64,000 bases of DNA from NCBI GenBank assembly GCA_041601615.1, contig JBFIHX010000003.1, forward strand, positions 1 through 64,000, read 5' to 3'. The position numbers and the translations under genes were made by a program. This document shows positions 37,970 through 47,085 of the stretch, in pieces (positions within the stretch are counted from its first letter, which is position 1; every line of letters begins with the position of its first letter). The DNA comes from Thermoplasmatota archaeon. GTDB taxonomy: Archaea; Thermoplasmatota; E2; JACPAO01; JAHFTW01. The notes under the pieces are model-generated. The model did no database searches. It saw only the letters and a program-made list of their open reading frames with translations, and was not told the DNA's origin.

Positions 37970-38638
37970 GTGTTCAAACGCCTTGATCCCTTTGGGAACC
38001 CCAACGTAGGCGTCTACGCACGGGCCACCTCTACCCACCTTTTCCTGCCTCCCGGCTTGACTGACCAGAATGTGTCGGACTTCAAGGAGGCGCTCGGACT
38101 GGACGCGGTCCGCGTGACCATTGGCGGCAGCACCCTCGTGGGCAGCTTGCTGGTGGGCAACAAAAATGGCATCGTCGCTGCGGATTTCGTGCGCGAGTCG
38201 GAACTGGAGATCCTTCGTTCGACGGGTCTTGAGGTGCTTCGGCTCAAGAGCGCGCGGTTCAATGCGGCGGGCAACAACGTCCTGTGCAACGACAAGGGTG
38301 CAATTTGCCACCCGGACCTGACGAAGGGTGCGTTCAATGCGATGCAGGACGCGCTCGGTGTCGAGGTGGTGCGCGGCGAGATTGCCGGCATTTCTACGAT
38401 GGGCACGGCTGCGGTTGCAACCAATCGCGGTGTCTTGTGCCATCCTCTGACTACGGACGAGGAACTTAGTTTCATCAAGGGGGCGCTTCATGTGCCCGCC
38501 CGGATCGGGACCGTCAACCATGGCCACGGCCTTGTTGGTGCTGGACTCAGCGCCAACGACGTGGGTGTGGTGAGCGGTACTCGTACGACCGGCATCGAAC
38601 TGGGGCGTATTGAAGACGCCCTCGGATTCCTGGAGTAA
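37970..38638 (+). CDS. eif6: translation initiation factor aIF-6
   Basis: GNPNVGVY, GNNVLCND, GTVNHG, TTGIELGRIEDALG. Confidence 0.95.
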   Translation: MFKRLDPFGNPNVGVYARATSTHLFLPPGLTDQNVSDFKEALGLDAVRVTIGGSTLVGSLLVGNKNGIVAADFVRESELEILRSTGLEVLRLKSARFNAAGNNVLCNDKGAICHPDLTKGAFNAMQDALGVEVVRGEIAGISTMGTAAVATNRGVLCHPLTTDEELSFIKGALHVPARIGTVNHGHGLVGAGLSANDVGVVSGTRTTGIELGRIEDALGFLE

Positions 38639-38643
38639 TCACC

Positions 38644-38865
38644 ATGAGCAAAAACGCGTACAAGGTCGACGGCGACTTCCAGATGGGTCGCATCCGCCAG
38701 CACTTCGCCATCGAGGTCGTCGGAGCCGACGAGGATGCAGCCCGCGAGGCCGCTTACACGGACCTCGGCAGCCGCCACAGTGCCAAGCGCCGTGATGTAA
38801 CCATCACGGGCGTGGCGCAGATCCCGAAGGACCAAGCTGACCCCATCACCCAAAAGCGCTTGTGA
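38644..38865 (+). CDS. rpl18a: 50S ribosomal protein L18Ae/LX
   Basis: YTDLGSRHSAKRR; conserved synteny. Confidence 0.88.
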   Translation: MSKNAYKVDGDFQMGRIRQHFAIEVVGADEDAAREAAYTDLGSRHSAKRRDVTITGVAQIPKDQADPITQKRL

Positions 38866-39269
38866 GCGCCGAGGAGGACCCGCAGCAGGTCATCGCCCAA
38901 TACGAGGCGACCCAAGCGCAGCTTCAGCAATTGGACGGTCGTTTGAGCCGGCTGGAGGAGGTTCTTTTGGAGCTTCGGCGCTCCAAGAGTACCTTGGAGT
39001 CGCTTGAGGGCGATCAGGAGGCTTTGGTGCCCATTGGTGCGGGCTTGCATGTGCGTGCTCGCATTGCGGGCGCGGCGCCTGTGGTGACGCCGGTTGGCGC
39101 TGGCTATGCTGCGGACAAATCCGTGGACGATGCCAAGGCGATGCTGGATGCGCAAATGGCGGAGACCAGTGCGGCCATGGAGTCTTCGTCGGCACAGGCG
39201 GAGCGATTGGCTCGGTCGATGCAGGCGTTGACGCAGAAGTTGCAGTCGATGCAGCAAGATTCTTCCTAA
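38862..39269 (+). CDS. pfdA: prefoldin alpha subunit
   Basis: Coiled coils with LVPIGAG and VGAGYA beta hairpins. Confidence 0.9.
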   Translation: MSAEEDPQQVIAQYEATQAQLQQLDGRLSRLEEVLLELRRSKSTLESLEGDQEALVPIGAGLHVRARIAGAAPVVTPVGAGYAADKSVDDAKAMLDAQMAETSAAMESSSAQAERLARSMQALTQKLQSMQQDSS

Positions 39270-39294
39270 TCTCTTTCCCTCTCGCTTTGCAGAC

Positions 39295-39365
39295 GCGCCT
39301 GTGGTCTAATGGTATGACGGTAGCTTCCCAAGCTACCTGCCCGGGTTCGATTCCCGGCGGGCGCA
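39295..39365 (+). tRNA. tRNA-Gly (CCC)
   Basis: Acceptor GCGCCTG/CGGGCGC, anticodon stem GTAGC-TTCCCAA-GCTAC, T-loop GGTTCGATTCC; CCA not encoded. Confidence 0.95.
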
Positions 39366-39482
39366 TTTCTTGGGCTGGCGAGTGGGCGCGCCGTGGATTG
39401 ACGGTTGGGTGGGATTGTGGTTTGATTTGTTTGACAGGCTCCGCCCCGAGCCCTTAAGATATGGGCCCCGCTCCGCGCCACA

Positions 39483-39641
39483 ATGGCTGAAAGTCAGCGC
39501 AAGGTGGAAGAGGTGAAGGCGGCCACGGATGATGACGCACAGCGCGCTCGTGATCGCCGCAACTTGGTCATCATGTTCATCGGTGGCGCCCTCGTCGTCG
39601 TGGCGATGATCTTCATCTCCAAGTTCCTGAGCGGCCAATAA
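39483..39641 (+). CDS. small single-TM protein (52 aa, not in the ORF track)
   Basis: MAESQRKVEE...NLVIMFIGGALVVVAMIFISKFLSGQ; TATA-like CTTAAGA about 28 nt upstream. Confidence 0.6.
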   Translation: MAESQRKVEEVKAATDDDAQRARDRRNLVIMFIGGALVVVAMIFISKFLSGQ

Positions 39642-39741
39642 GTTCCGTTCTCCTCGTTTGCTTGGAGGGTTTGGGGTTGTTCGGTTCGTAGGGTAGCGGA
39701 TGCTGGGCTTGGGGCTGGTTTGGGCTGTTTGTTTCTGCGTG

Positions 39742-40659
39742 TTACTGCGGTAGCGCGGGTGATCCTTGTTCGACGAAGGTCCATCCGGGTTCGGGTGTAA
39801 AGCCGTAGAAGATGGTGGTGAAGTGCGTGAAACGTTGGTCGAAGGTGGCTCCGGCGGTGTCGCCGCTTCCGGCTGCTGCGGCGGAGAAGACGCGCACGAT
39901 GAGTGGTTGTGTTTCGTCGTAGCCGGCGGCCTCGATTTGTGTGGTGTTGCTGACGACGGCGAGGGGGCTTGTGCCGCTGACGCCGTTGTCGCAGAGGAAG
40001 CCGTCGTTGGTGGTGCATTCCCAGGAGTGGAGCAGTTCGAGGTCGTCTCCTAGTGGTTGGGTGCTGTCCCAGACCATTTCGGTTTGGATCCACTGGGGTT
40101 GGCGTTCTAGTTCGTATTCAATGAGGGGTTCGTCGATGGGTTGTCCGGTGATGTCGAGGATGCTGCATACGTTGCCGCCGACACTACCGATGCCGGGGGC
40201 TCCGGCGCGGGCGCTGCATTGCAGGAAGCCTTCGAATTGGTATTGTTGAATGAAGGGGCGGGTTTCGAGGTCGTGTTCGATCATCATTTTGAGGATGGGT
40301 GGGCGGTCCACTCCTGCGGCGACGTTGGTGCTGGTTTGTGCGGAGGCGTATCCGAGTTTGCTGACTTCGACGAAGTAGGTGCCGGGGGTGAGGTCTTCGA
40401 ACCAGAATTGGCCGTCGGCGTCGGTGGTGGTGCTGGCGCCTCCTGGGATTTGCACGGTGGCGTTGGGTACGGGGACGATGCTGGGGTCGATGACGATGCC
40501 TCGGATGACGCCGGTGGTGTCGGTGGCTTGCACTTCGGCGCCGAAGCCGTCCTCTTCGGTGGGGGGTGCGGGGTCGCTTGCGCAGCCGGCCAGTGCGACG
40601 AGGATTAGGGTTAGGGCGGTGGTGGTGATGGACGCGACGCGTGGGGGGCCCGTGTGCAT
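39742..40659 (-). CDS. lipoprotein with carboxypeptidase-regulatory-like (Cna-B/transthyretin-like) domain
   Basis: Lipobox ALAGC; GVIRGIVID...TTDADGQF...PGTYFVEVSKLGY. Confidence 0.78.
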   Translation of the reverse strand: MHTGPPRVASITTTALTLILVALAGCASDPAPPTEEDGFGAEVQATDTTGVIRGIVIDPSIVPVPNATVQIPGGASTTTDADGQFWFEDLTPGTYFVEVSKLGYASAQTSTNVAAGVDRPPILKMMIEHDLETRPFIQQYQFEGFLQCSARAGAPGIGSVGGNVCSILDITGQPIDEPLIEYELERQPQWIQTEMVWDSTQPLGDDLELLHSWECTTNDGFLCDNGVSGTSPLAVVSNTTQIEAAGYDETQPLIVRVFSAAAAGSGDTAGATFDQRFTHFTTIFYGFTPEPGWTFVEQGSPALPQ

Positions 40660-40728
40660 GGGCCGTTCTTGGTTGGGGTGTTTCTAGGACCCTGCGCCGG
40701 TCCCGTTTTGGCTCTTGCTTGGGGGTTT

Positions 40729-42009
40729 TTATGGGCGGCGTCGGGCAAGGACGAGGCCGGCGGCGAGGAGGCCTAGGAGGATGGTGCCGGTGGGTGCGGC
40801 GGGGCTGTCTTTTTTGGGTCCTGTGGCGTGGATGCGCTCGGTGCAGGCGTCGGGTCCGGGGCCTTGGCAGGATACGACGCGGCCGGTTCCGAGTTCGAAG
40901 TGGGCGGTGCCGGTGGCGGTGTCGCCGTGGAGGTTTTTGGCTTCCAAGTGGACGGTGTGGGGCGCTTTGTCGGGGGTGAGGTTCCAGGTCCAGGTGGGTG
41001 GTGGCAGGGGGCGCAGTGCGCGGTGGGTGGTGGGGGTTCCGGCGGGCTCGTCGTCGGTGGTGAGGGTGGGTGCGGCGAGGTCGTGGGCGCCCCAGGGGCT
41101 GGCGGCGATGGCGTGGATTTGGACGGTGCCATTGGCGGTTGGCGTAGGGCGTAGTTCTTGGATCCAGAGGGGGTTTTGGACGCCGAGGGTGAGGCTGGGG
41201 CGGAATGCGGGTGCGGTGTAGAGTCCGAGGAGATCGGGCATGAGGGTTGCTTCGTCGGGTCGGTCGCAGGTGGGAAAGTCGATGTAGACGTCGACGCGCA
41301 GGTTGAAGGCGGTGCTTGCTTGGATGGTGGGTTGGTTGGTGCGCCATTCCAGGGGGAGCCGGAAGGTGTAGACGGGGGCGTCGTCGGTTTCGTGGTAGGA
41401 GACGTTGGGGTGGCCTGCCAAGAGGGGGCTGAGGGTGGCGGGGCGGGTTTGTGCTTGGGCCAGGAGGGTGCCGGTGTCAAGGCTGTGGTGGCCGACGCTG
41501 ACGGCGCTGTCTTCGCGGAGGGTGGCGCGCAGTACAACGTTGGGGAGCACCATGGCGTCGGAGGGGGGTGGGACTCCGTCGATGGTGGTGGAGGTGCGGC
41601 CGGCTAGGTGCCAGACGAGGGTGGGTTGTTTTTCAAGGTCTAGTTCGAGGTTGAAGGCGAGGCCGCGGTCGATGAGGTCGGGGCCGGGGCGGTATGCGAC
41701 GGGGCCGGGCACGCCGTACCATGTGTGGTGGTTGCCGTAGAGTAGGGGCGGCGCTGGGGGGCCGACTAGACAGCGGTTGCTGTGGGTGAGGGCGTTGAGT
41801 CCGTACGTTGCGCGGTGGCTGTCGGGTACGGTTTGTGGGCTCATGGCGAAGTCTTGGATTCCGTCCACGTGGAGCCAGAGGGTGGTGTCGGTGGGGGGCG
41901 CGGGGTGGGTTTCTTGGGCGTTGGTGGCGGGTGCTAGGAGGGCCAGCAAGAGCAGGGTTGCTACCAGGGAGCGCGACCGCACCTTTCGGGAGTGTGCGTG
42001 GGGCTTCAT
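40729..42009 (-). CDS. cell-surface protein, paralog A (diverged), C-terminal TM plus basic tail
   Basis: Shares HHTWYG, RGL, PNVVLRATLRE, SPWG with its neighbours; ends LVLARRRP. Confidence 0.75.
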   Translation of the reverse strand: MKPHAHSRKVRSRSLVATLLLLALLAPATNAQETHPAPPTDTTLWLHVDGIQDFAMSPQTVPDSHRATYGLNALTHSNRCLVGPPAPPLLYGNHHTWYGVPGPVAYRPGPDLIDRGLAFNLELDLEKQPTLVWHLAGRTSTTIDGVPPPSDAMVLPNVVLRATLREDSAVSVGHHSLDTGTLLAQAQTRPATLSPLLAGHPNVSYHETDDAPVYTFRLPLEWRTNQPTIQASTAFNLRVDVYIDFPTCDRPDEATLMPDLLGLYTAPAFRPSLTLGVQNPLWIQELRPTPTANGTVQIHAIAASPWGAHDLAAPTLTTDDEPAGTPTTHRALRPLPPPTWTWNLTPDKAPHTVHLEAKNLHGDTATGTAHFELGTGRVVSCQGPGPDACTERIHATGPKKDSPAAPTGTILLGLLAAGLVLARRRP

Positions 42010-42165
42010 GGTTCTTGTGGACTTGTTCACGGTGCTAGCAAGAGAGGGGTCGGAGATGTGGGCGGGGGATGGGGGATGGGCAGACGAATGGGTGGGGGAA
42101 GGGAGAGACGAAGAGGCGAAGGAAGGAGTGGAGGAAGGGGGTTGAGGGTGCCCAGGAACTTGGGG

Positions 42166-43530
42166 CTAGGTTCGACGCCGCAGGCTCACGGCGAGGGTGC
42201 CAAGGGCGAGCATCAGCAATCCGATGGGAGCAGCGGGGGTGGGGTTGGTCGGGCCGATAGGATCGTCGCAGGTTTCGGTACCGTCGGCGCCGGTGGAGCA
42301 AATGGGGCGGTTGTGTTCGCCGATTTCGAATTTGGCGATGGCGACGCTTTGGGCGGTTTCCTGGTCGTTGCTTACGCGAAGGGTGACGGTGTAGATGCCG
42401 GGGCGGGCGGATTCGGCTTTGTAGGGCCAGATCCAGCTGGCGGCGACGGCGTCGGTGTGGTGGTCGTGGTCGAGGGTGGCGGCGTCGAAGAAGCCCAGGT
42501 GCAGGTTGACGGGGACGCTTGGGCCGGTCACTTCGATGTTGTAGCTGCCGTTTTCGGAGGGTTGGTCGCCGCGCACGTCGTAGTTGCCCCAGGGGCTGTT
42601 GGCGGAGGTGTGGATGATCAGTTCGTCGCCGATGAATTGCGGGTGCAGGGATTCGATGCGGACGGCTTGTTCCACGTCCCAGGTGAAGCGGGGGCGGTGG
42701 CCAACGCTGCTGTGCAGGCGCACGGTGTTGGGCATCAGTTTCTCCTCGGAGCCGGGGTCGGCGCACTGGGGGTTTTCCATGTACAGGTCGATGCGCAGGT
42801 TGTAGGATTCGACGGCTTTGATCTGCGGGGAGCGACCGAGTTCGTCGAAGGGTACGTCGAGGGCGAATTCGTAGACGTGTTTTGTTTCGCCATCTTGGGT
42901 GATGGGCATGTAGGTGACTTGCGGGTGGTCGGGGGTGGCGGGGCCGACAAGAAGCGCTGGCGTGGTGGTGGCTTGGGCGATGATGCGGCCAATGTTGAGT
43001 GCCTCGTGTCCGACGCTGATGGCGTCTCCTTCACGGAACGTGGCGCGCAGGGCGACGTTGGGGGTGATGGAGGGCGCTGAGTTGACGTTGATGTCGTTGC
43101 TGAGGTATTGGCTTTCGACGTACCAGACGAGTCGGATGGGTTTGTCGGTGTCGAAGTCGATGTTGTAGCTGAGGCCGCGTTCGGGGTGGATGCGGGGGCT
43201 GCCGCCCATGTCCACGTCGTAATGGACGTAGCCGGGGCTGCTGTAGCCATACCAAGAATGGCGGTCGCCGCGCACGAGGCCGGGCACTTCGTCGGGGACA
43301 CAGGTGTTGGTCGTGGTTGTGAATCCTTGTCCTTGGCTGACTCCGTAGCGGTCGTCTGGTTGTTGGGTGTTGATGGGGTAGTCTTGGGGCAGTCCGAGGT
43401 GGACGAACATGGTCGTCGGGGCGGCGTTGGCCGGATTTTGGATGCCGGGCCATCCTTCGGTGGTTGCGGGGGAGGCGAGACCGGTTGGAGCCAGAAACAG
43501 GAGTACGAGTACGAAGACCCACGTTCGCAT
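42166..43530 (-). CDS. cell-surface protein, paralog B
   Basis: Signal peptide; YGYSSPGYV, HPERG, LHPQFIGD, NSPWGNYDV; TM plus RRRT. Confidence 0.8.
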   Translation of the reverse strand: MRTWVFVLVLLFLAPTGLASPATTEGWPGIQNPANAAPTTMFVHLGLPQDYPINTQQPDDRYGVSQGQGFTTTTNTCVPDEVPGLVRGDRHSWYGYSSPGYVHYDVDMGGSPRIHPERGLSYNIDFDTDKPIRLVWYVESQYLSNDINVNSAPSITPNVALRATFREGDAISVGHEALNIGRIIAQATTTPALLVGPATPDHPQVTYMPITQDGETKHVYEFALDVPFDELGRSPQIKAVESYNLRIDLYMENPQCADPGSEEKLMPNTVRLHSSVGHRPRFTWDVEQAVRIESLHPQFIGDELIIHTSANSPWGNYDVRGDQPSENGSYNIEVTGPSVPVNLHLGFFDAATLDHDHHTDAVAASWIWPYKAESARPGIYTVTLRVSNDQETAQSVAIAKFEIGEHNRPICSTGADGTETCDDPIGPTNPTPAAPIGLLMLALGTLAVSLRRRT

Positions 43531-43640
43531 GATGGTATCAGCGACGTCTGAGGCTTATAGATGCGATGGACACGTTGGCAAACGAATCTGGAAGTTCAAA
43601 AAATCGGCACAAGGGCGCGATGGAAACCAAGGACGGGACG

Positions 43641-43690
43641 AAAGGCAATGGAGGGCAATGGAAGGGGTTGGAAAGGATTGGAAGAGGGAT
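43641..43690. repeat. degenerate 10-bp tandem repeat in a purine-rich spacer
   Basis: AAAGGCAATG GAGGGCAATG GAAGGGGTTG GAAAGGATTG GAAGAGGGAT. Confidence 0.5.
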
Positions 43691-43724
43691 GGAGTGGAAG
43701 GAGGAGGGTTGTGGGCGCAGGGGC

Positions 43725-45122
43725 CTACTTGCGGCGGCGCAGGGCCACGAGTGCGGCTCCGAGCACGGCGAGCACAGAGACGAAGCCAATGCCGGGGCTT
43801 TCTTGGTTCGCCTTGGCGCCGTCCTTCTGGACCGTCTCGTCGCAGTCAACCTTCTCGCCGGTGGCTTGGTTGCCGCAGCCGACGATCTTGCCGCTGCCGA
43901 TTTCGAATTGGGCCACCGCGATTGCTTCGGTGGTTTCTTGGTCGTTCTTGGCAGAGAACGTCACGGTGTAGAGGCCATCGCGGGCGCCGTCTTTCTTGTA
44001 TTCCCAGACCCAGGTTGCGTCCACCGCTTCTGTGTGGTGGTCGTGTTCGTGGGTGCGGGCCGTCAGGGCGACGCGGTTGATGCTCACGGGGACACTGGGG
44101 CCGGTAACGGTCACGGTGAGGCCGCCTTGGTCCTCGGAGGTTTGGTCGCCACGCACGTCGTAGTTGCCCCAGGGGCTGTTGGTGGACGTGTGCAGGACGA
44201 GGTCGTCGCCGATGAACTGCGGGTGCAGGTACTCGATGCGCAGCGGGTTGAAGATGTGCCAGGTGAAGCCGGGGCGGTTCTCCGGGCTGGTGTGCACGCG
44301 CAGGAAGTCAGGCATCAGGTAGTTGTCCTCTTGCGGTTTGTCGCAGGTGCCGGGCAGCGTCTCCATGTAGAAGTCGATGCGGGCGTTGTAGGACTCCATG
44401 GCGTCGATGGTGGTGCGTTGGTATTCGAGGGGGACGCGGAACTCGTAGATCGGAGCGCCGTTGCTGGCGGGACCGACGTAGTTGACGTTCGGGCTCGAGG
44501 TGCCGGCTCCTTGCAGGAGTGCAGGTTCCGTTTGGCCTTGGGCGATGATTTCGCCGGTGTTGAAGGCGGTGTGGCCGGGGCTGATTTGGTCGCCTTCGCG
44601 GATGGTGGCGCGCATGACGACGTTGGGCAACGGCGGGCTCAGGGAGTGGACGGGGACGCCGGCAGTGTCGCCGCCGGTGGCTTGTCCTTGCATGTACCAG
44701 ACGAAGTCGACGGGCTTGGAGGCGTCCATCTTGACGTCGAAACTGATGCCGCGTTCGGGGTGGTAGCGCGGTTCGCCGCCTTGGTCTACGTCGTATTGGA
44801 CGTATCCGGGGCTGCTGAAGCCGTAGTAGGTGTGCCGGGCGCCGCGCACGAGGGCGGGCACGGTCGGGTCGTTGACGCAGCCTTGGGAGTGCGTGGCGAG
44901 GCCGACGGGGACGTCCGAGGCGTAGCGGTCGTCGGGCTTCTGGGTGTTGATGGGGACATCCTGGAGCCCATTGATGTGGAAGTACATCTGGATGGGCGTG
45001 GAGGCGTTGGGATTGTAGATGCCCGGGGCCCGGGCGTCTTGTGCTGCGGCGCCGGTTGCGCCGAGCAAGAAGAGCCCTACGCAAAGGACTGTCAGGGTAC
45101 GGGACAGGAACATGGTGACCAT
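43725..45122 (-). CDS. cell-surface protein, paralog C, PGF-CTERM-like sorting signal
   Basis: Same motifs as paralog B; ends ESPGIGFVSVLAVLGAALVALRRRK. Confidence 0.82.
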   Translation of the reverse strand: MVTMFLSRTLTVLCVGLFLLGATGAAAQDARAPGIYNPNASTPIQMYFHINGLQDVPINTQKPDDRYASDVPVGLATHSQGCVNDPTVPALVRGARHTYYGFSSPGYVQYDVDQGGEPRYHPERGISFDVKMDASKPVDFVWYMQGQATGGDTAGVPVHSLSPPLPNVVMRATIREGDQISPGHTAFNTGEIIAQGQTEPALLQGAGTSSPNVNYVGPASNGAPIYEFRVPLEYQRTTIDAMESYNARIDFYMETLPGTCDKPQEDNYLMPDFLRVHTSPENRPGFTWHIFNPLRIEYLHPQFIGDDLVLHTSTNSPWGNYDVRGDQTSEDQGGLTVTVTGPSVPVSINRVALTARTHEHDHHTEAVDATWVWEYKKDGARDGLYTVTFSAKNDQETTEAIAVAQFEIGSGKIVGCGNQATGEKVDCDETVQKDGAKANQESPGIGFVSVLAVLGAALVALRRRK

Positions 45123-45305
45123 TCTCGGACGACTCGGCAGATGGCTTAACCCTTGTGGCACCGGCGACGAAACGTTCGGACGCCTTACCAAGGGCGTCTC
45201 GGAAGGGGGTGTGGGGGCAAACGGTTCACCCTGGGATGTTCAAGACAAAATAAGGGAGAAATGGCGGATCGTGGAGGGTGTTTCTCTGTTGTATGCCTGT
45301 GGGCT

Positions 45306-45425
45306 TTAGCAGAATGGACCGAAGTCGTGCACACAGGCGATGGGTAGGTCTCCGACGGCGTTGGCGTTGCCGGCGGCGGCGAGGAGGACCAGTACGAGCA
45401 TGGGGGCGTAGCGAAGGAAACGCAT
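45306..45425 (-). CDS. 39-aa secreted peptide precursor (not in the ORF track)
   Basis: MRFLRYAPMLVLVLLAAAGNANA-VGDLPIACVHDFGPFC*; host-like codons; TATA-like element upstream. Confidence 0.6.
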   Translation of the reverse strand: MRFLRYAPMLVLVLLAAAGNANAVGDLPIACVHDFGPFC

Positions 45426-45471
45426 GGCTGCGGATTTGACGCTGCAAACTTAGTGTTTGGCTTCTCCAGTG

Positions 45472-45837
45472 TTACAGGGCAAAAAGGAGCAATGCGACGA
45501 TGGCCACTTCGACGACCCAGGAGAGGTGCTGGGCCCGCGACACCACGAGGGTAAGCAGCGCGGCGGCGGCGAAGGTTGTTGCCATGATCCACAACATTGG
45601 GTCCGTTGGGTCGGCGAGCATCAGCGCGGCCAGTGCCCATGCAAGGAGGGTCATAATGTGCCAAGCGAAGCGGAGTGTCCGTTTGGTGAAGGCATCGGAG
45701 CCAAACAGATGCGGCTGGTCTCGTCGAAGCACTCTGCGGATGATGTAGCGCTCGCCAAGGACGCTGTGCGCGGTGCCCAATAGGAAGGTGAGGCCTGCGG
45801 CGGTGGCAAGGAGGGGGTCCATGGCGGTGATTTGCAT
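45472..45837 (-). CDS. small four-TM membrane protein
   Basis: GTAHSVLGERYI, TLRFAWH; start 45837 or 45822. Confidence 0.65.
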   Translation of the reverse strand: MQITAMDPLLATAAGLTFLLGTAHSVLGERYIIRRVLRRDQPHLFGSDAFTKRTLRFAWHIMTLLAWALAALMLADPTDPMLWIMATTFAAAALLTLVVSRAQHLSWVVEVAIVALLLFAL

Positions 45838-46028
45838 GCTGGTGCTGTGGGAAAGTGCCTTGGGTGGCGAGATGGGCGCGACAAAATCCGAGGTCGGGGC
45901 CGAGGGCGGCCCAGGTTTGCACCGCGATATCGACGGCGGCCGTGGGTCAAAAAATTGCAAAATTGGATACTATTTTCCCTTCGCAAAACCTCCATCACTG
46001 GGCGGATGTAGTCGGCGGTGGGTATTCT

Positions 46029-46868
46029 ATGCTCACATCCATCAAGACCCTGACCACAATCTGTCTGCTGCTCGCCATTCTCCTGGCGCCTGCCGCGCAA
46101 GCAGAAGCGGAACCCGACGCCGCAATTCGTCCCGACTGTGAGCTGTCGCCTATGTGGCCCAGCGGCGGATTCGGCTGCCAAGTCGGCTCGCTGTGGGTTG
46201 GTTGCACGCACTACACCGGTGCCCTTCTGTTGCATGACCGTGACTCAATTGCTTGTGGCGTCTTCGGCTGCCCCTACATTGGGCAAGGCGAAGTGGGCCG
46301 CTCCGTGTACGCGGGCTTTGACGACTGCGTCGTGTACGCTGGGCACACGGGCTTGGACGATGTGAAATCGGCCCTCGCTGAGATTGTTGCGGATCCTGCC
46401 ACTCAATCGGATGCTTCCCCGGTTTCGTGCACCGCCAACCCCACAGCCCACGGCTGCACCGTTGACGTCACCGGCCGCGACACGGGAGTCCGCTGCGGCG
46501 TTCTATCCGTTGGCTACCAATGTGGCCTCCTTGGCTTCGATTGTGCCTCGGTTCTCTGGGGCATACACAACCCCGACTTCGTCGTCGGCGGCAACAACGG
46601 CTGCCATGCCAAAGTATGGGTCGGATTCCTACAACTTGGAGCCGCCCGGCCTGTTGACTGCACGCTGACTCCTGAAGCCCACGGCTGCACCAAGGAAATC
46701 GGCGGCCGAGATACGGGGGTCTACTGCGGAGCCATCACGGTTGGGTACAACTGCGGAATCAGGGGCTTCGACTGCACCCAGGCGCACTGGGGCATCCACC
46801 AGCCCGGCCTCGTAGTCGGCGGCTACAACGGCTGCCATGTCATGGCGTGGGTTGGCCTCCAAAGCTAA
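46029..46868 (+). CDS. secreted Cys/Gly-rich protein with internal repeats
   Basis: Signal peptide ending AQA; two ~70-aa six-Cys repeats plus a diverged N-terminal unit. Confidence 0.72.
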   Translation: MLTSIKTLTTICLLLAILLAPAAQAEAEPDAAIRPDCELSPMWPSGGFGCQVGSLWVGCTHYTGALLLHDRDSIACGVFGCPYIGQGEVGRSVYAGFDDCVVYAGHTGLDDVKSALAEIVADPATQSDASPVSCTANPTAHGCTVDVTGRDTGVRCGVLSVGYQCGLLGFDCASVLWGIHNPDFVVGGNNGCHAKVWVGFLQLGAARPVDCTLTPEAHGCTKEIGGRDTGVYCGAITVGYNCGIRGFDCTQAHWGIHQPGLVVGGYNGCHVMAWVGLQS

Positions 46869-47085
46869 CGCGAGTAGGCGCTGTTTTCCTTTTTTCCCGA
46901 CTTGGCTGGGTCGCTGCGAAACGGGGCACAGGTCGTGCGTGACCCCTTCGGATTTCTTTGCTATGCTTCGAGGATTCGTCGGCACTCGGCGAGGATTTTG
47001 CTTTCGTCGGGCAGTCGCCAGCCCTTCGCTCGGGCAAGCTCCCACCGGACGAGTCCGATTTTGGCCTAGCCTTGGAATCTCTTCG

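Noticed and set aside
39295-45122. Integrative element at tRNA-Gly
   Set aside because: No integrase and no duplicated tRNA 3-prime end (att site) seen in the window
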